DNA of 64,000 bases from Flavobacterium sp. (GTDB taxonomy: Bacteria > Bacteroidota > Bacteroidia > Flavobacteriales > Flavobacteriaceae). Where the stretch lies: NCBI GenBank assembly GCA_040396655.1, contig JBEBOB010000006.1, positions 12,899 through 76,898 on the forward strand. The letters are read 5' to 3'. Each line of letters starts with the position of its first letter. The first letter of the stretch is position 1. Shown in pieces: positions 1 to 10,409 of the stretch. The notes under the pieces are model-generated. The model searched no databases and was not told the DNA's origin. It saw only the letters and a program-made list of their open reading frames with translations. The position numbers and the translations under genes are program-made.

Positions 1-66
1 AAACAGGGCGTTCCGGGCACTTTTATCCGGGATTTTATAAATAAAAGAGTGTCTTTTGGTTTTTAA
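1..66 (+). CDS. Possible 3' end of a gene entering from the left (partial)
   Basis: Open frame KQGVPGTFIRDFINKRVSFGF ends in TAA at 64-66 and is followed by a terminator hairpin at 114-140. Too short to identify. Confidence 0.3.
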   Translation, partial: KQGVPGTFIRDFINKRVSFGF

Positions 67-113
67 AAAGTTTTCGTTTTCATCGGGTTCTCTTTCATCT
101 GTAATAAAAATAA

Positions 114-140
114 TAAATGCGGGGATATAACCCGCATTTA
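114..140. terminator. Intrinsic terminator-like hairpin
   Basis: TAAATGCGGG-gatataa-CCCGCATTTA, 10-bp stem. Confidence 0.6.
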
Positions 141-438
141 TGCATTGCCACTTCAGAAAAAATTGTATATAAAAAAATAAATAGCGTGTTATGACGCTCA
201 AAAAACAAAAGCATTAATTGTAAGCTCTCCAATACCTGGCAGTATTGCCCGACAGGTAATGTATCTCAAAAGCTATGTTTGTGGACAAATGCAGGACTAA
301 AGTAGAAAAAAGGTTTTAATAAAATGCTGCAATAGAGTATATGAGTAACTATTTGAATATGATTTGCAACTATTTGGTAAGAATGTACAGAAAAGGGATG
401 TTTAAGGAGGTACTTACTGGTGATTGGTAAAATAAACA

Positions 439-463
439 ACCCCTGTTAACTATTAACAGGGGT
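439..463 (-). terminator. Terminator after the META gene
   Basis: ACCCCTGTTAA-cta-TTAACAGGGGT, T-rich tail on the minus strand. Confidence 0.7.
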
Positions 464-480
464 CAGGGTATTGTTAAACA

Positions 481-933
481 TTATTGAATAACGAGTTTTG
501 CTTCTGATGCCCCCGAATTCAGTGTTAAGGTGTCGTTGCTGATATGGAATGTTTTGGCAGTATTTAAAACTTCCAGAAAAGATTGCTCTACTTTCAGGTT
601 CGGACATGCCATTTGTGTAGCTGTAATTTTTGAAAAGCTTATCTGGTCTCCATCAGCTTTGTAACTTCCCCCGAAACCGTTACAGCCCAGATTACCTGAA
701 ACCTGTTCTGTATTGTCAAATTTGATATGAGGAGTTCCCATTTCCGAATCGAGTACCACTGTTTTTCCATCAATCATCACCAGTTTCCAGTTTTTGCCTA
801 CGAGATCTCCTGCAGATACTTTGGTTTCTGCTGTGGGGATATTTTCTGCCCCGTTTACCGGATCGCTCTTTTTCTGGTTGTTACATGAAGCAAAGGCCAT
901 TGTTACGGCCAGGACTAAAAAGTACTTTTTCAT
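481..933 (-). CDS. META domain (HslJ-like) lipoprotein
   Basis: Lipobox MKKYFLVLAVTMAFASC; META motifs WKLV, GNLGCNGFGGSY, ATQMACP. Confidence 0.85.
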   Translation of the reverse strand: MKKYFLVLAVTMAFASCNNQKKSDPVNGAENIPTAETKVSAGDLVGKNWKLVMIDGKTVVLDSEMGTPHIKFDNTEQVSGNLGCNGFGGSYKADGDQISFSKITATQMACPNLKVEQSFLEVLNTAKTFHISNDTLTLNSGASEAKLVIQ

Positions 934-1020
934 AATAGTTATTTTTTAAATTACAACTAAATATAATGTATTTTAACAGAAAAACGTTTTTTCTTTTGTA
1001 ATATTTAAGCAAAAAATAAG

Positions 1021-1989
1021 TTAGTCAATGCGCAGCAAAGGCTGTGTACTGCAGCGGAAAGAACCTCCAAAACTGCGGCTTATGCTGAAATCGACATATT
1101 CAACTTTTACACCTTCCTGTTCAATAAGGTGGCCTATATTTTTAAATTGCGGGTCTGTTATGTAAACATCTGATGATACAGGCAAACCGTTGGTTGCGAG
1201 GTTTTTGGCTTCATCAAGCGTAACAGGTATCTTTTTCCAGTTTCTAAGCAAAGCAGGAACGCCTTTTAGAAATGCCTCTTCGCACAGTACCGCTAATCCG
1301 GGTTTTATAAATCCCAGGGCACAGTCAAGATGCAGGATTTCCGGATGCAGCGGTACCAGTTCGACCGAATAGCCCAACGGATGAAGCAATTTTTTTAACC
1401 ATTCAATTCCCAATTCGTTCGACGCCAGACCTGAGACACCAACCAGCACCTGTTTTCCCAAAAAGAGCACGTCGCCTCCTTCAAGAAAAGGTCCTTTTCC
1501 GTGTGTTGTTGCGTTCAACGGCATTAAGGCGGGCTGAGGGATGGCAACATATTGACAGTCTTCACGGTATACCTCCTGTTCCAAAACGGCCCGTACCGGG
1601 AAAATCTCATTCCTGCGGTGAAGCATCCGGAGCGAACCCTCAATAACGTGATGTCCTATCGTAAAAAAGGGATCCCTTACGAAAAAATTGGCATAACCGT
1701 TGGGACCGGCTGCCTGTTTTTCTTCCGGGGTAAGTTTGCGCGGACGTATTACTTCAACATCGTATTTTCTTAATAAATTATAAAGTTCATCGCGCTCGTT
1801 TTGCCATTGCAGTTGTTGTTCGGGAAATGCTTCCGCATAATCCTTGCCCCTGTTTTCAAAATTTTCCCTGATAGCTGAAGCGTCCAGGAATTTAAGGTCC
1901 TGGGCGCGAGGTTCCTGGGGAAATCCAAATTCAGATTCCGCTAATACTACCCTCCGAAGCTTTGCAAATTCATTTTCAACAAAAATCAT
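1021..1989 (-). CDS. Amidinotransferase / arginine deiminase / DDAH superfamily enzyme
   Basis: Pentein-fold motifs FVRDP, FLEGGDV, LHLDC and C-terminal GGSFRCSTQPL with the catalytic Cys. Confidence 0.85.
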   Translation of the reverse strand: MIFVENEFAKLRRVVLAESEFGFPQEPRAQDLKFLDASAIRENFENRGKDYAEAFPEQQLQWQNERDELYNLLRKYDVEVIRPRKLTPEEKQAAGPNGYANFFVRDPFFTIGHHVIEGSLRMLHRRNEIFPVRAVLEQEVYREDCQYVAIPQPALMPLNATTHGKGPFLEGGDVLFLGKQVLVGVSGLASNELGIEWLKKLLHPLGYSVELVPLHPEILHLDCALGFIKPGLAVLCEEAFLKGVPALLRNWKKIPVTLDEAKNLATNGLPVSSDVYITDPQFKNIGHLIEQEGVKVEYVDFSISRSFGGSFRCSTQPLLRID

Positions 1990-2024
1990 AACGTTAAATT
2001 AGTAAAAAAATCAGTATTTCAGCT

Positions 2025-2843
2025 TCAAATATTACGGTATTCCGTAGGAGAGAATCCGCTTTTCTTTTTAAAAAAGGTCGAGAACATCGAAACCGATTCA
2101 AAACCCAGTTCGAATGTGATTTCCTTGACCGTTTTTTCTGAAAACCTCAATTGGTTTTTTGCTTCCTGCATAAGCCTTTGATTTAACATGCCGGATGCTG
2201 TTATGTTGAGGTGCTTCCTGCAAAGTATGTTCAGGTAATTAGCAGAAATATTGAGCTTTGCAGCGTACCAGTTTACAGCTTTATGCCGGGTATGGTATTT
2301 ATTGATAAGGTTCTAGAAATCCCGGACAAGATTGGGCGTACCGGCCAGCAACGTATCTTTAATGTGGCTTTCTACTTCGTGTTTCATCATCATGGCAAGC
2401 ACATCCATACGCAGTTTTACGATTTCCCGCCACGACTGATCCCCGGTTATAATGGTTAAATCCCTTTCGATACTTGACATTTCATGATTTACAGCCAAAA
2501 ACTTAGTATCTGAAAGTTTAAAAACAGGATGCAGGTTATACCTTATGAAATGCAGTTCGTCAATGCTTGTAAAGGATTCAAATATCCCTTTTCCGACCAC
2601 TATTTTATGCGCTAAGGTTTCTGGACCGGTAACCCAATGATGATGCTGTCCCGGAAAAAGGAAGTGCAGTTGCTTTTCTGCAATCGGGTATGCTACTTCG
2701 TCGATATAGTGAATCCCGCTACCCTTAATGAACAGAACAACGAGAAAATAGGTACATTTCGTTGTTTTATTGTAGTTTTCGATTCCCTTTATCTGTTTAT
2801 ATGTGACCTGGTCATCCTTTAAATGTTTAAATTGAGTATTCAT
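2025..2843 (-). pseudogene. AraC-family regulator interrupted by an in-frame TAG at 2313-2315
   Basis: The cupin-like N-terminal part (track ORF 2313..2936, likely ATG 2843) stops at TAG. The same frame continues NLINKYH...AVNWYAAKLNISANYLNILCRK...VKEITFELGFESVSMFSTFFKKKSGFSPTEYRNI to TGA at 2025-2027, which is a complete AraC double HTH. Confidence 0.8.
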
Positions 2844-3172
2844 GGTAATTCCGGTATTGCTTGTATTTCTTTTTAAGACTGCATTTTTTAGCCCAGGACA
2901 AAAAACACCAGTTATCCGGGAATAACTGGTGTTCAAAAAATGATGTTAATTGTACCCTTATCCAATACTTTATCCCTGCTAAAATTTCAAAAAGTATTGT
3001 AATTGGTTTCTCAAAGATACACTATTACAAGTTTTGAGGTAGTTGATTTTTTTTTAATCTGTTGCAGATTTTGTTAATTCAATTGCAAATTTTATTCATT
3101 TTAGACCCGGTTTAAAAGATTCCATCTCCTATCGTTAATTTAATGATTTAAAATGGAGGAAACCTATATTAT

Positions 3173-3202
3173 AAAAAAACGTTATCCGGAGAGATAACGT
3201 TT
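3173..3202 (-). terminator. Intrinsic terminator downstream of the VOC pair
   Basis: AAACGTTATC-cggaga-GATAACGTTT with a poly-T tail on the minus strand. Confidence 0.65.
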
Positions 3203-3385
3203 CATGTTTAGATAAAATAGGTGTGCTACCGGTTTAAATACCATAATACTAAAAAATAAACGTTAGCAGTACCAGATCAAAAGTACATGAAAACGCACAG
3301 ACATTTTTATGCATATTATCTTAACTGTTATACAAATCGTCTATTTCATATATTATTGAACTTATGGCAAACGTCAGGGCTATTT

Positions 3386-3844
3386 TTATTGATTTGAATC
3401 AGTAAGTTTAAGCCATTCTTCATAGCAAAGAACACCGAGTTCCGGCCTGCCTTCGCCTTCCAGCATGCAGATGAACTCCAGGGCATTACCATCCGGATCA
3501 TTAAAATAAAGGGCAAGTGCGGGCATCCATGCAAAAACCATAGGCTTTTCAGAACCGTCTTTAAGAAAATTATAAGGATGCAGTCCTTTACTTTTCAGGT
3601 AGTCTGTTGCAAAATTTAAAATATCGTCCTTAGCAGCCTTAAAAGCAAAATGGCGGGGCTCAAAATGTTCCTTTTGCTCCCAAAGACCTAACATAGCGCT
3701 CTTGTCTTCGTTGATCCATAAGAATACGATAGGTCTTGTCTCATCGTGGTGCGCGATATGCAAGCCCAGTATTTCCGTATAAAAATGAACGGCATCTTCT
3801 AAATTACGGACCTGGATATGCGTTTCGTATAATCCCTTTATCAT
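3386..3844 (-). CDS. VOC (glyoxalase/bleomycin resistance) family protein
   Basis: KGLYETHIQV, RHFAF, LYFNDPDGNALEF. Start placed at ATG 3844 because the track start (3964) overlaps the upstream gene. Confidence 0.85.
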   Translation of the reverse strand: MIKGLYETHIQVRNLEDAVHFYTEILGLHIAHHDETRPIVFLWINEDKSAMLGLWEQKEHFEPRHFAFKAAKDDILNFATDYLKSKGLHPYNFLKDGSEKPMVFAWMPALALYFNDPDGNALEFICMLEGEGRPELGVLCYEEWLKLTDSNQ

Positions 3845-3872
3845 GATAAAGTATTTTAAAGGAAGAAAACGT

Positions 3873-4253
3873 CTAGGATGCGGAAGGCTCCCATAGCTGA
3901 ATCTTATTTCCTTCCATATCCATGATGTGGACAAATTTTCCGTAATCGTATGATGCAATTTCATCCAGAACCGTTACCCCTTCTTCCTTTAACGCTGCTA
4001 CCAGAGCTTCAATATTTTCCACACGGTAATTGATCATGAAGTCTTTGGAAGAGGGTGCAAAATATGTCGTGGTTTCACTAAAGGGACTCCATTGCGTGGC
4101 ACCGGATTTCTCAGGATCTGCCAGCTCTCTCCATTCGAAAGTGACCCCGTAATCGTTCGTATCCATTCCCAAATGGCTCTTATACCATTCCATCATTTTT
4201 TTAGGGTCTTTACATTTAAAGAAGATCCCTCCTACTCCTGTTACTTTTTTCAT
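3873..4253 (-). CDS. VOC family protein
   Basis: KVTGVGGIFFK, MINYRVEN, YGKFVHIMDMEGNKIQLWEP. Confidence 0.9.
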   Translation of the reverse strand: MKKVTGVGGIFFKCKDPKKMMEWYKSHLGMDTNDYGVTFEWRELADPEKSGATQWSPFSETTTYFAPSSKDFMINYRVENIEALVAALKEEGVTVLDEIASYDYGKFVHIMDMEGNKIQLWEPSAS

Positions 4254-4460
4254 CTTGTGATTATCATTTATTGAGATCAGCGAATATTACGTGTTTGTTT
4301 ACCCGAAATACCTCTAAAATCTTTACTAAGCTAAGCAAATCCAGCAAAAGATAAAAGAGCTCTTTAAAATTAATTAGGGTATTAAAAGAATAAACGGAAT
4401 AAGCTTCTTTAAGTAATCTGTTTTTAATAATTTTGTTATACTTAAATTATTTTAATTGAA

Positions 4461-5714
4461 ATGGAAAATAAACAGCATATTATCGACAGGTTCATCAGCT
4501 ATGTAACCATAGATACAGAATCAGATCCTAATTCAGAAACCACCCCATCAACAAAAAAACAATGGGACCTTGCCAATAAACTCGTAGAAGAGTTGAAGCA
4601 AATAGGTTTGGAGGAAGTGTCGATAGATGAAAACGCCTATATCATGGCGACCTTACCAAGCAATGTTGCACATGAAGTACCTACGATAGGTTTTGTTTCA
4701 CATTTTGATACATCTCCCGATTTTACAGGTGCCAACGTGAAGCCGCAGATTGTTGAGAATTACGATGGTGGCGATATTCTTCTGAACAAAGAGCAGAACA
4801 TTGTTTTATCTCCGAGTTATTTTGATGATCTTCTGCAATACAAAGGACAGACGTTGATTACAACGGACGGTACCACACTGTTGGGGGCCGACGATAAGGC
4901 GGGCGTTTGTGAGATTGTTTCCGCTATGGAATACCTTGTTAAGCATCCTGAAATAAAGCATGGAAAAATCAGAATCGGTTTTACTCCCGATGAAGAAATT
5001 GGACGCGGTGCACATAAATTCGATGTAGCGAAATTTGGAGCTGAATGGGCCTATACCATGGACGGTAGCCAGATCGGGGAATTGGAATATGAAAACTTCA
5101 ATGCTGCAGGGGTGAAACTTATTTTTAAAGGAAAAAGCGTACACCCGGGTTATGCAAAGGGTAAAATGATCAATTCCATGCTGCTTGCCACAAAATTTAT
5201 TTCCAAACTTCCTTTGAAAGAGGTTCCTGAAAAAACCAGCGGCTACGAAGGTTTCTTCCACGTAAACCACATAAACGGGTCACTTGAAGAAACAGAAGTA
5301 CAGCTTATCATCCGCGATCACAGCATGAAGAAATTCAAAAAACGTAAAAAGGTGATTCGCGAGCTGGCCAATAAGTTCAATAAAAAATACGCAGAGAAAT
5401 TCGGTGGTAAAATTGTGGAATGCGAAATCAAGGACCAGTATTACAACATGAAGGAAAAAGTAGAGCCTGTCATGTATATTGTAGATATTGCGGAACAGGC
5501 AATGAAGGAGCTCGAGATTAAGCCTATCATCAAACCGATTCGCGGAGGTACAGACGGTTCCCAGCTTTCCTATATGGGCTTGCCGTGTCCTAATATTTTT
5601 GCCGGCGGACATAATTTCCATGGAAAATACGAATATGTTCCTGTCGAAAGTATCCTGAAAGCAACAGAGGTTATAGTAAAAATTGCAGAGATTACTGCTG
5701 CGAGAAAATTCTAA
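4461..5714 (+). CDS. pepT: Peptidase T (M20B tripeptidase)
   Basis: [40 protein letters not shown]; promoter TAATTTTG at 4428-4435. Confidence 0.97.
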   Translation: MENKQHIIDRFISYVTIDTESDPNSETTPSTKKQWDLANKLVEELKQIGLEEVSIDENAYIMATLPSNVAHEVPTIGFVSHFDTSPDFTGANVKPQIVENYDGGDILLNKEQNIVLSPSYFDDLLQYKGQTLITTDGTTLLGADDKAGVCEIVSAMEYLVKHPEIKHGKIRIGFTPDEEIGRGAHKFDVAKFGAEWAYTMDGSQIGELEYENFNAAGVKLIFKGKSVHPGYAKGKMINSMLLATKFISKLPLKEVPEKTSGYEGFFHVNHINGSLEETEVQLIIRDHSMKKFKKRKKVIRELANKFNKKYAEKFGGKIVECEIKDQYYNMKEKVEPVMYIVDIAEQAMKELEIKPIIKPIRGGTDGSQLSYMGLPCPNIFAGGHNFHGKYEYVPVESILKATEVIVKIAEITAARKF

Positions 5715-5715
5715 T

Positions 5716-5747
5716 AAAAAATCCGCTTCACTGAAGCGGATTTTTTT
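5716..5747 (+). terminator. pepT terminator
   Basis: AAAAAATCCGCTTCA-c-TGAAGCGGATTTTTT. Confidence 0.85.
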
Positions 5748-5864
5748 ATTACAAATGTTTAGTTGTAAACCATTTTAAAGGCGATTTGGTAGATTTTATG
5801 ATTTTTATAAGAAATATGCATTGTTATATTTGATATATTTGGAAAAACATTAAAAAGAAGAAAA

Positions 5865-6155
5865 ATGGATCAGGCGTCTTTAATGGGATTTTTCAAAACG
5901 GTGCTTATCATTGTTTTGATCTATTACTTTATAAAGTTTGCTTTTAAGTTATTAGCTCCTTATCTCATGAAAAAGGCAGTAGACAAACTGAATGATAATT
6001 TTCAGCAGCAACAGCGCGCTTATCAGAATCAACAATATGGGCCTACTTCAGGAAATGAAACACATGATGATTTTGAATCAAGCTTAAAGCAGAATAAAAT
6101 ACCTAAGGAACGTAAGAAAGTTGGTGAATACATCGACTATGAAGAAGTAAACTAA
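5865..6155 (+). CDS. DUF4834-like small membrane protein
   Basis: N-terminal TM helix, Gln-rich middle, C-terminal KKVGEYIDYEEV. Confidence 0.75.
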   Translation: MDQASLMGFFKTVLIIVLIYYFIKFAFKLLAPYLMKKAVDKLNDNFQQQQRAYQNQQYGPTSGNETHDDFESSLKQNKIPKERKKVGEYIDYEEVN

Positions 6156-6316
6156 TATTTATTAAGAATAGGAAAGGGAAGTATTTTTACTTCCCTTTTT
6201 ATTTTGACTCCGGCCGGTTTAAAAATAAAAATTATGAAAAGAATTGTAAAAAGCAGTTTGTTGTATCGTTATAATTAGATTATATTTGTTTTTTTAACAT
6301 TATAACACTTATAAAA

Positions 6317-6790
6317 ATGAAGAAAATTTACTTTTATCTGGCAGTTGCCTCATTTGGTTTGTTCACGATTACTTCTTGTTCTGATGATGAAAAGGCAGGA
6401 CCGGAGCCTACTAAAGATGTATTTCTTGGAAAATGGGATTTAAAAACCCTGAGTTCTAAAGTATACATCAATAATGATCTTGTCGAAGATGTAAAAGAAC
6501 AACCCGTTGAAGGAAAGATGACGCTGCAGTTCGATTTTAAGGCCGATAACAAAGTAGACTATTACATGTATGCACCTGCAACGGAAGACAGAGAAGAAGT
6601 AAAAGTAGATGCATCGGGATCCTATAAAAAAAATGGAACAGAGCTTACTATTACAATTGAAGGGGAAGATCAGATTTTTAAGATTGAAGGCAATGACGCT
6701 GAAAATTTAAAATTGATGCAGTCAGTAGAATTCAAATTTGACGAAGCAACCCTGAAACAGGATGTGACCTTCAACTTTAAAAAGATGTAA
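6317..6790 (+). CDS. Lipocalin-like domain lipoprotein
   Basis: Lipobox TITSCSDD, FLGKWDL lipocalin-like motif, SGSYKKNGTELTI. Confidence 0.7.
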   Translation: MKKIYFYLAVASFGLFTITSCSDDEKAGPEPTKDVFLGKWDLKTLSSKVYINNDLVEDVKEQPVEGKMTLQFDFKADNKVDYYMYAPATEDREEVKVDASGSYKKNGTELTITIEGEDQIFKIEGNDAENLKLMQSVEFKFDEATLKQDVTFNFKKM

Positions 6791-6824
6791 AAAAAAAAAT
6801 CCCGATTCGTTTCGGGATTTTTTT
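6791..6824. terminator. Bidirectional terminator between the lipoprotein gene and dnaB
   Basis: A-run, ATCCCGA-ttcgtt-TCGGGAT, T-run, between convergent genes. Confidence 0.85.
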
Positions 6825-6828
6825 GTAT

Positions 6829-8355
6829 TTAAAAAGGGACATCGTTGTCGTTGCTGAAACTGCTTCCGAAGATCTGGTCTCCCGGAGGAAGGTCGTTCAA
6901 TGCATGGCGCTCGTTCATACTCGAAGGGAATTCGTCAAACGGCATACTTAAATCTTCCAGGTTGTCGAACTTACCGAATTTACCCAGGAACTTCAGGCGG
7001 ATGTTGTCAAGCCCCCCGTTACGGTGTTTCGCAACGATAAACTCGGCCTGCCCTTCAGTAGGACTTTGTTCTTCATCATCCCATACATCGATCTTATAAT
7101 ATTCAGGACGGTAAATAAAGGATACGATATCGGCATCCTGCTCAATAGCTCCGGATTCCCGTAAATCGGAAAGCAACGGACGTTTAGAAGAACCGCGGGT
7201 CTCAACCGCACGCGATAGCTGCGATAATGCAATCACGGGTATATCGAGTTCTTTTGCAAGCCCTTTGAGGTTTCGTGAAATAGTGGAAATCTCCTGCTCC
7301 CGGTTCCCCCCACCTTTGTTATTTCCTCCCGCCGTCATTAACTGAAGGTAATCGATTATGATCAACTGAATATCGTATTGCGATTTAAGCCGTCGGGCTT
7401 TGGCACGCAGGTCAAAAATAGAAAGCGAAGGCGTATCATCAATAAAAAGTGGCGCTTTTTCAAGATCCTTCACCTTCACGTTGAGCTGCTCCCATTCGTG
7501 TTGTTCAAGTTTTCCCGTACGAAGCTTTTCCGAAGACAAACCTGTTTCAGATGAGATCAAACGTGTGATGAGCTGAACACTCGACATCTCAAGGGAAAAG
7601 AACGCAACTCCGCGATTGGCATCAATGGCAATATTCCGGGCCATGGAAAGTACGAATGCGGTCTTTCCCATACCCGGACGTGCCGCTATAATGATAAGAT
7701 CCGATGGCTGCCAGCCCGATGTAAGTCCGTCGAGTTTATGAAAACCTGTTGGTAACCCGGATAAACCTTCTCTTTTTCCGATTTCTTCAATTCGTTTTTT
7801 GGCTTGTGCAACCAACGATTGAGCCGTTTCGGTACTTTTCTTGATATTTCCCTGTGTTACGTCGTAAAGTTTGGACTCGGCCTGATCCAGCAACTCGAAG
7901 ATATCTGAAGACTCGTCGTAGGCATCCTCAATAATTTCGGCAGAGATCTTAATAAGGCTGCGCTGAATGTATTTTTGAAGGATAATGCGTGAGTGAAACT
8001 CGATATGGGCCGATGATGCTATTTTCTGCGTAAGGTTGATAAGGTAAAAATCACCTCCGGCTATATCCAGTTTGCCGTTTTTACGCAACTGGGTGGAAAC
8101 GGTGAGTATGTCGATAGGCTGGCTGGCTTTAAAAAGCATCTCTATGGCTTCATAAATGCAGCGGTGCGCCTCTTTATAAAAAGCATCCGGTTTAAGGATG
8201 TCGATTGCTTCGTCCACCCCTTTTTTATCAATCATCATGGCACCCAGAACGGCTTCTTCAAGATCCACGGCCTGAGGTGGCAACTTGCCTTTTTCGAGCG
8301 CGATGACGTTCTGTTGTTCTTTATAATTTGGTTTTATTGCTCTGTCCTTTTCCAT
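6829..8355 (-). CDS. dnaB: Replicative DNA helicase
   Basis: LPPQAVDLEEAVLGA, AARPGMGKT, FFSLEMS, IDYLQL, SQLSRAVE, LRESGAIEQDAD; promoter TAAGTTTG at 8393-8400 (minus). No intein. Confidence 0.98.
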   Translation of the reverse strand: MEKDRAIKPNYKEQQNVIALEKGKLPPQAVDLEEAVLGAMMIDKKGVDEAIDILKPDAFYKEAHRCIYEAIEMLFKASQPIDILTVSTQLRKNGKLDIAGGDFYLINLTQKIASSAHIEFHSRIILQKYIQRSLIKISAEIIEDAYDESSDIFELLDQAESKLYDVTQGNIKKSTETAQSLVAQAKKRIEEIGKREGLSGLPTGFHKLDGLTSGWQPSDLIIIAARPGMGKTAFVLSMARNIAIDANRGVAFFSLEMSSVQLITRLISSETGLSSEKLRTGKLEQHEWEQLNVKVKDLEKAPLFIDDTPSLSIFDLRAKARRLKSQYDIQLIIIDYLQLMTAGGNNKGGGNREQEISTISRNLKGLAKELDIPVIALSQLSRAVETRGSSKRPLLSDLRESGAIEQDADIVSFIYRPEYYKIDVWDDEEQSPTEGQAEFIVAKHRNGGLDNIRLKFLGKFGKFDNLEDLSMPFDEFPSSMNERHALNDLPPGDQIFGSSFSNDNDVPF

Positions 8356-8518
8356 AAAGCGAATTTACTTTTTTTAATATGAATTGCCTAAGCAAACTTA
8401 TTAACTATAGGATGTTTTTTGGTAACAATTTGATGTTGATAAGTTAATGAGGTTGAAATCTTGTTTGAATAAAAACAAAAGCCGGGCAATTGCCCGGCCT
8501 TATATCATTGCTTTAATG

Positions 8519-9472
8519 TTATTCTGAAAACTCTCCCATGTTTTCGTATTTTTCCATACGCTCATCGATGAGTTTGTCGATATTCTTTTTGGACAATTCA
8601 GCATACGTTTTGACGATGGTGTTTTTTACTGTTTCAAAAGTAGCTTCACGATCGTAATGTGCACCTCCCAATGGTTCAGGAATCACTTCATCTATGAGCT
8701 TGTTCGATTTCATGTCTACCGAAGTAAGCTTGAGTGCATCGGCAGCCATTTCCTTGTATTCCCAACTGCGGAAAAGGATAGATGAACATGACTCAGGTGA
8801 TATTACGGAATACCAGGTATTTTCCAACATGAAAACCTTGTCTCCCACACCAATTCCGAGAGCTCCACCCGAAGCACCTTCACCAATGATGATTACGATG
8901 ATCGGAACCTTAATGCGGAACATTTCGAAAATATTGCGTGCAATGGCCTCTCCCTGCCCGCGTTCTTCAGCTTCCAGTCCCGGATAGGCGCCCGGAGTGT
9001 CGACGAAAGTTACGATGGGCACATTGAATTTTTCAGCCATACGCATAAGGCGCAATGCCTTGCGGTATCCTTCCGGATTGGCCATACCGAAATTACGGTA
9101 CTGGCGTGTTTTGGTATTGGTTCCTTTTTGTTGTCCGATGAACATAAAAGACTGGTCGCCAATTTTTCCCAATCCCCCGATCATGGCCTTGTCATCCTTT
9201 ACACCACGGTCTCCGAAAAGTTCCAGAAAGCTGTCTCCGCAAAGGGCCTTGATATAGTCCAGCGTATACGGGCGGTTTGGATGTCTCGACAGCTGAACGC
9301 GTTGCCACGCCGTTAAATTGCCGTATATCTCCTTTTTGGTTTCTTCCAGTTTCTTTTCTATATTTTTACAAGTGTCGGTAACATCCACCTCAGATTCCTG
9401 TCCGATAATCTGGCATTTATCCAATTGTTCGTTTAACTCTTTTATAGGTAATTCAAAATCTAAATACTCCAT
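8519..9472 (-). CDS. accA: Acetyl-CoA carboxylase carboxyltransferase alpha subunit
   Basis: [46 protein letters not shown]. Confidence 0.97.
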   Translation of the reverse strand: MEYLDFELPIKELNEQLDKCQIIGQESEVDVTDTCKNIEKKLEETKKEIYGNLTAWQRVQLSRHPNRPYTLDYIKALCGDSFLELFGDRGVKDDKAMIGGLGKIGDQSFMFIGQQKGTNTKTRQYRNFGMANPEGYRKALRLMRMAEKFNVPIVTFVDTPGAYPGLEAEERGQGEAIARNIFEMFRIKVPIIVIIIGEGASGGALGIGVGDKVFMLENTWYSVISPESCSSILFRSWEYKEMAADALKLTSVDMKSNKLIDEVIPEPLGGAHYDREATFETVKNTIVKTYAELSKKNIDKLIDERMEKYENMGEFSE

Positions 9473-9524
9473 AAACCTCGTTGTTTGTCTTTTTTTGTGG
9501 CTACAAATATACTATTTTTATTAA

Positions 9525-10409
9525 TTAGGCAGTTGCTTTACTCCGATTTTTAAAATAGGCATTTAATAATACGGTAAGCAATATGATAACCGCTCCCAAA
9601 TAAAAAGCCGTCGTCATTTTTTCCTGGTCCTTAAACAGAATGACTGCCAGAAGGATACCGTAAATAGGCTCCAGATTAATGGTAAGCATAACGGTATAGG
9701 GCGTCAGGTATTTCATGATGTTAATGGTGGAGATGAACGGGTAAGCCGTACAGATCGATCCCAGAATGCCGATCCACAGGATGTCCAGTTCCTTAAAATG
9801 GAAATTCTCAGCGGTGAACCCGTCCTGGTACCACAGGAAGCAGGCCAGGATAAACAGCCCTCCGAGCAGTTCGTAAAAGCTTATGACAACGCTGTCGTGC
9901 GTATTCGCAAGTTTTCCGTTAATAATCGAAAACGATGCCGACAGGAAAGCCGATAACAGCGCTACTATAATACCCATTTTGTACTGTGATTCAAACCTAA
10001 AGATCAAAAGAAGGCCTGCTACAACGAGACATCCTAAAAGAATCTCATAAAGGATGAACTTACGTTTGTAGAATATGGGTTCGAGTATCGAAGTAAAAAA
10101 GGCCCCGGTCGAAATACAGGCCAGTGTAATGGATATGTTTGAAATTTTAATGGCATGAAAAAAGGTAAGCCAGTGAATGGCTATAACAAATCCGAAGATA
10201 AAGAAACGCAGCATATCCCTTGGACTAATCGCCAGGTTCTTTTTCTTGATGAGCAGGTACAGTAAAATGACGCATACTGCAATGGCAATTCTTGTAAAAA
10301 CAAGCGGTAGCGCCTGAAGGGAGATCAATTCCCCCAATATGGCTGTAAATCCCCATATAAATACAATGATATGGAGATGCAGCTGGTTTTTTAAATTAAC
10401 GTTTGGCAT
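9525..10409 (-). CDS. DMT/EamA family transporter
   Basis: About 10 hydrophobic segments; IWGFTAILG, INLEPIYGI. Confidence 0.85.
   Translation of the reverse strand: MPNVNLKNQLHLHIIVFIWGFTAILGELISLQALPLVFTRIAIAVCVILLYLLIKKKNLAISPRDMLRFFIFGFVIAIHWLTFFHAIKISNISITLACISTGAFFTSILEPIFYKRKFILYEILLGCLVVAGLLLIFRFESQYKMGIIVALLSAFLSASFSIINGKLANTHDSVVISFYELLGGLFILACFLWYQDGFTAENFHFKELDILWIGILGSICTAYPFISTINIMKYLTPYTVMLTINLEPIYGILLAVILFKDQEKMTTAFYLGAVIILLTVLLNAYFKNRSKATA

Noticed and set aside
2313-2315. TAG recoding (alternative genetic code)
   Set aside because: TAG is an ordinary stop for other intact genes in the window (3873, 35487, 63227).
3845-3964. N-terminal extension of the VOC ORF in the track
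   Set aside because: Overlaps the upstream VOC gene; the domain begins at MIKGLYETH.
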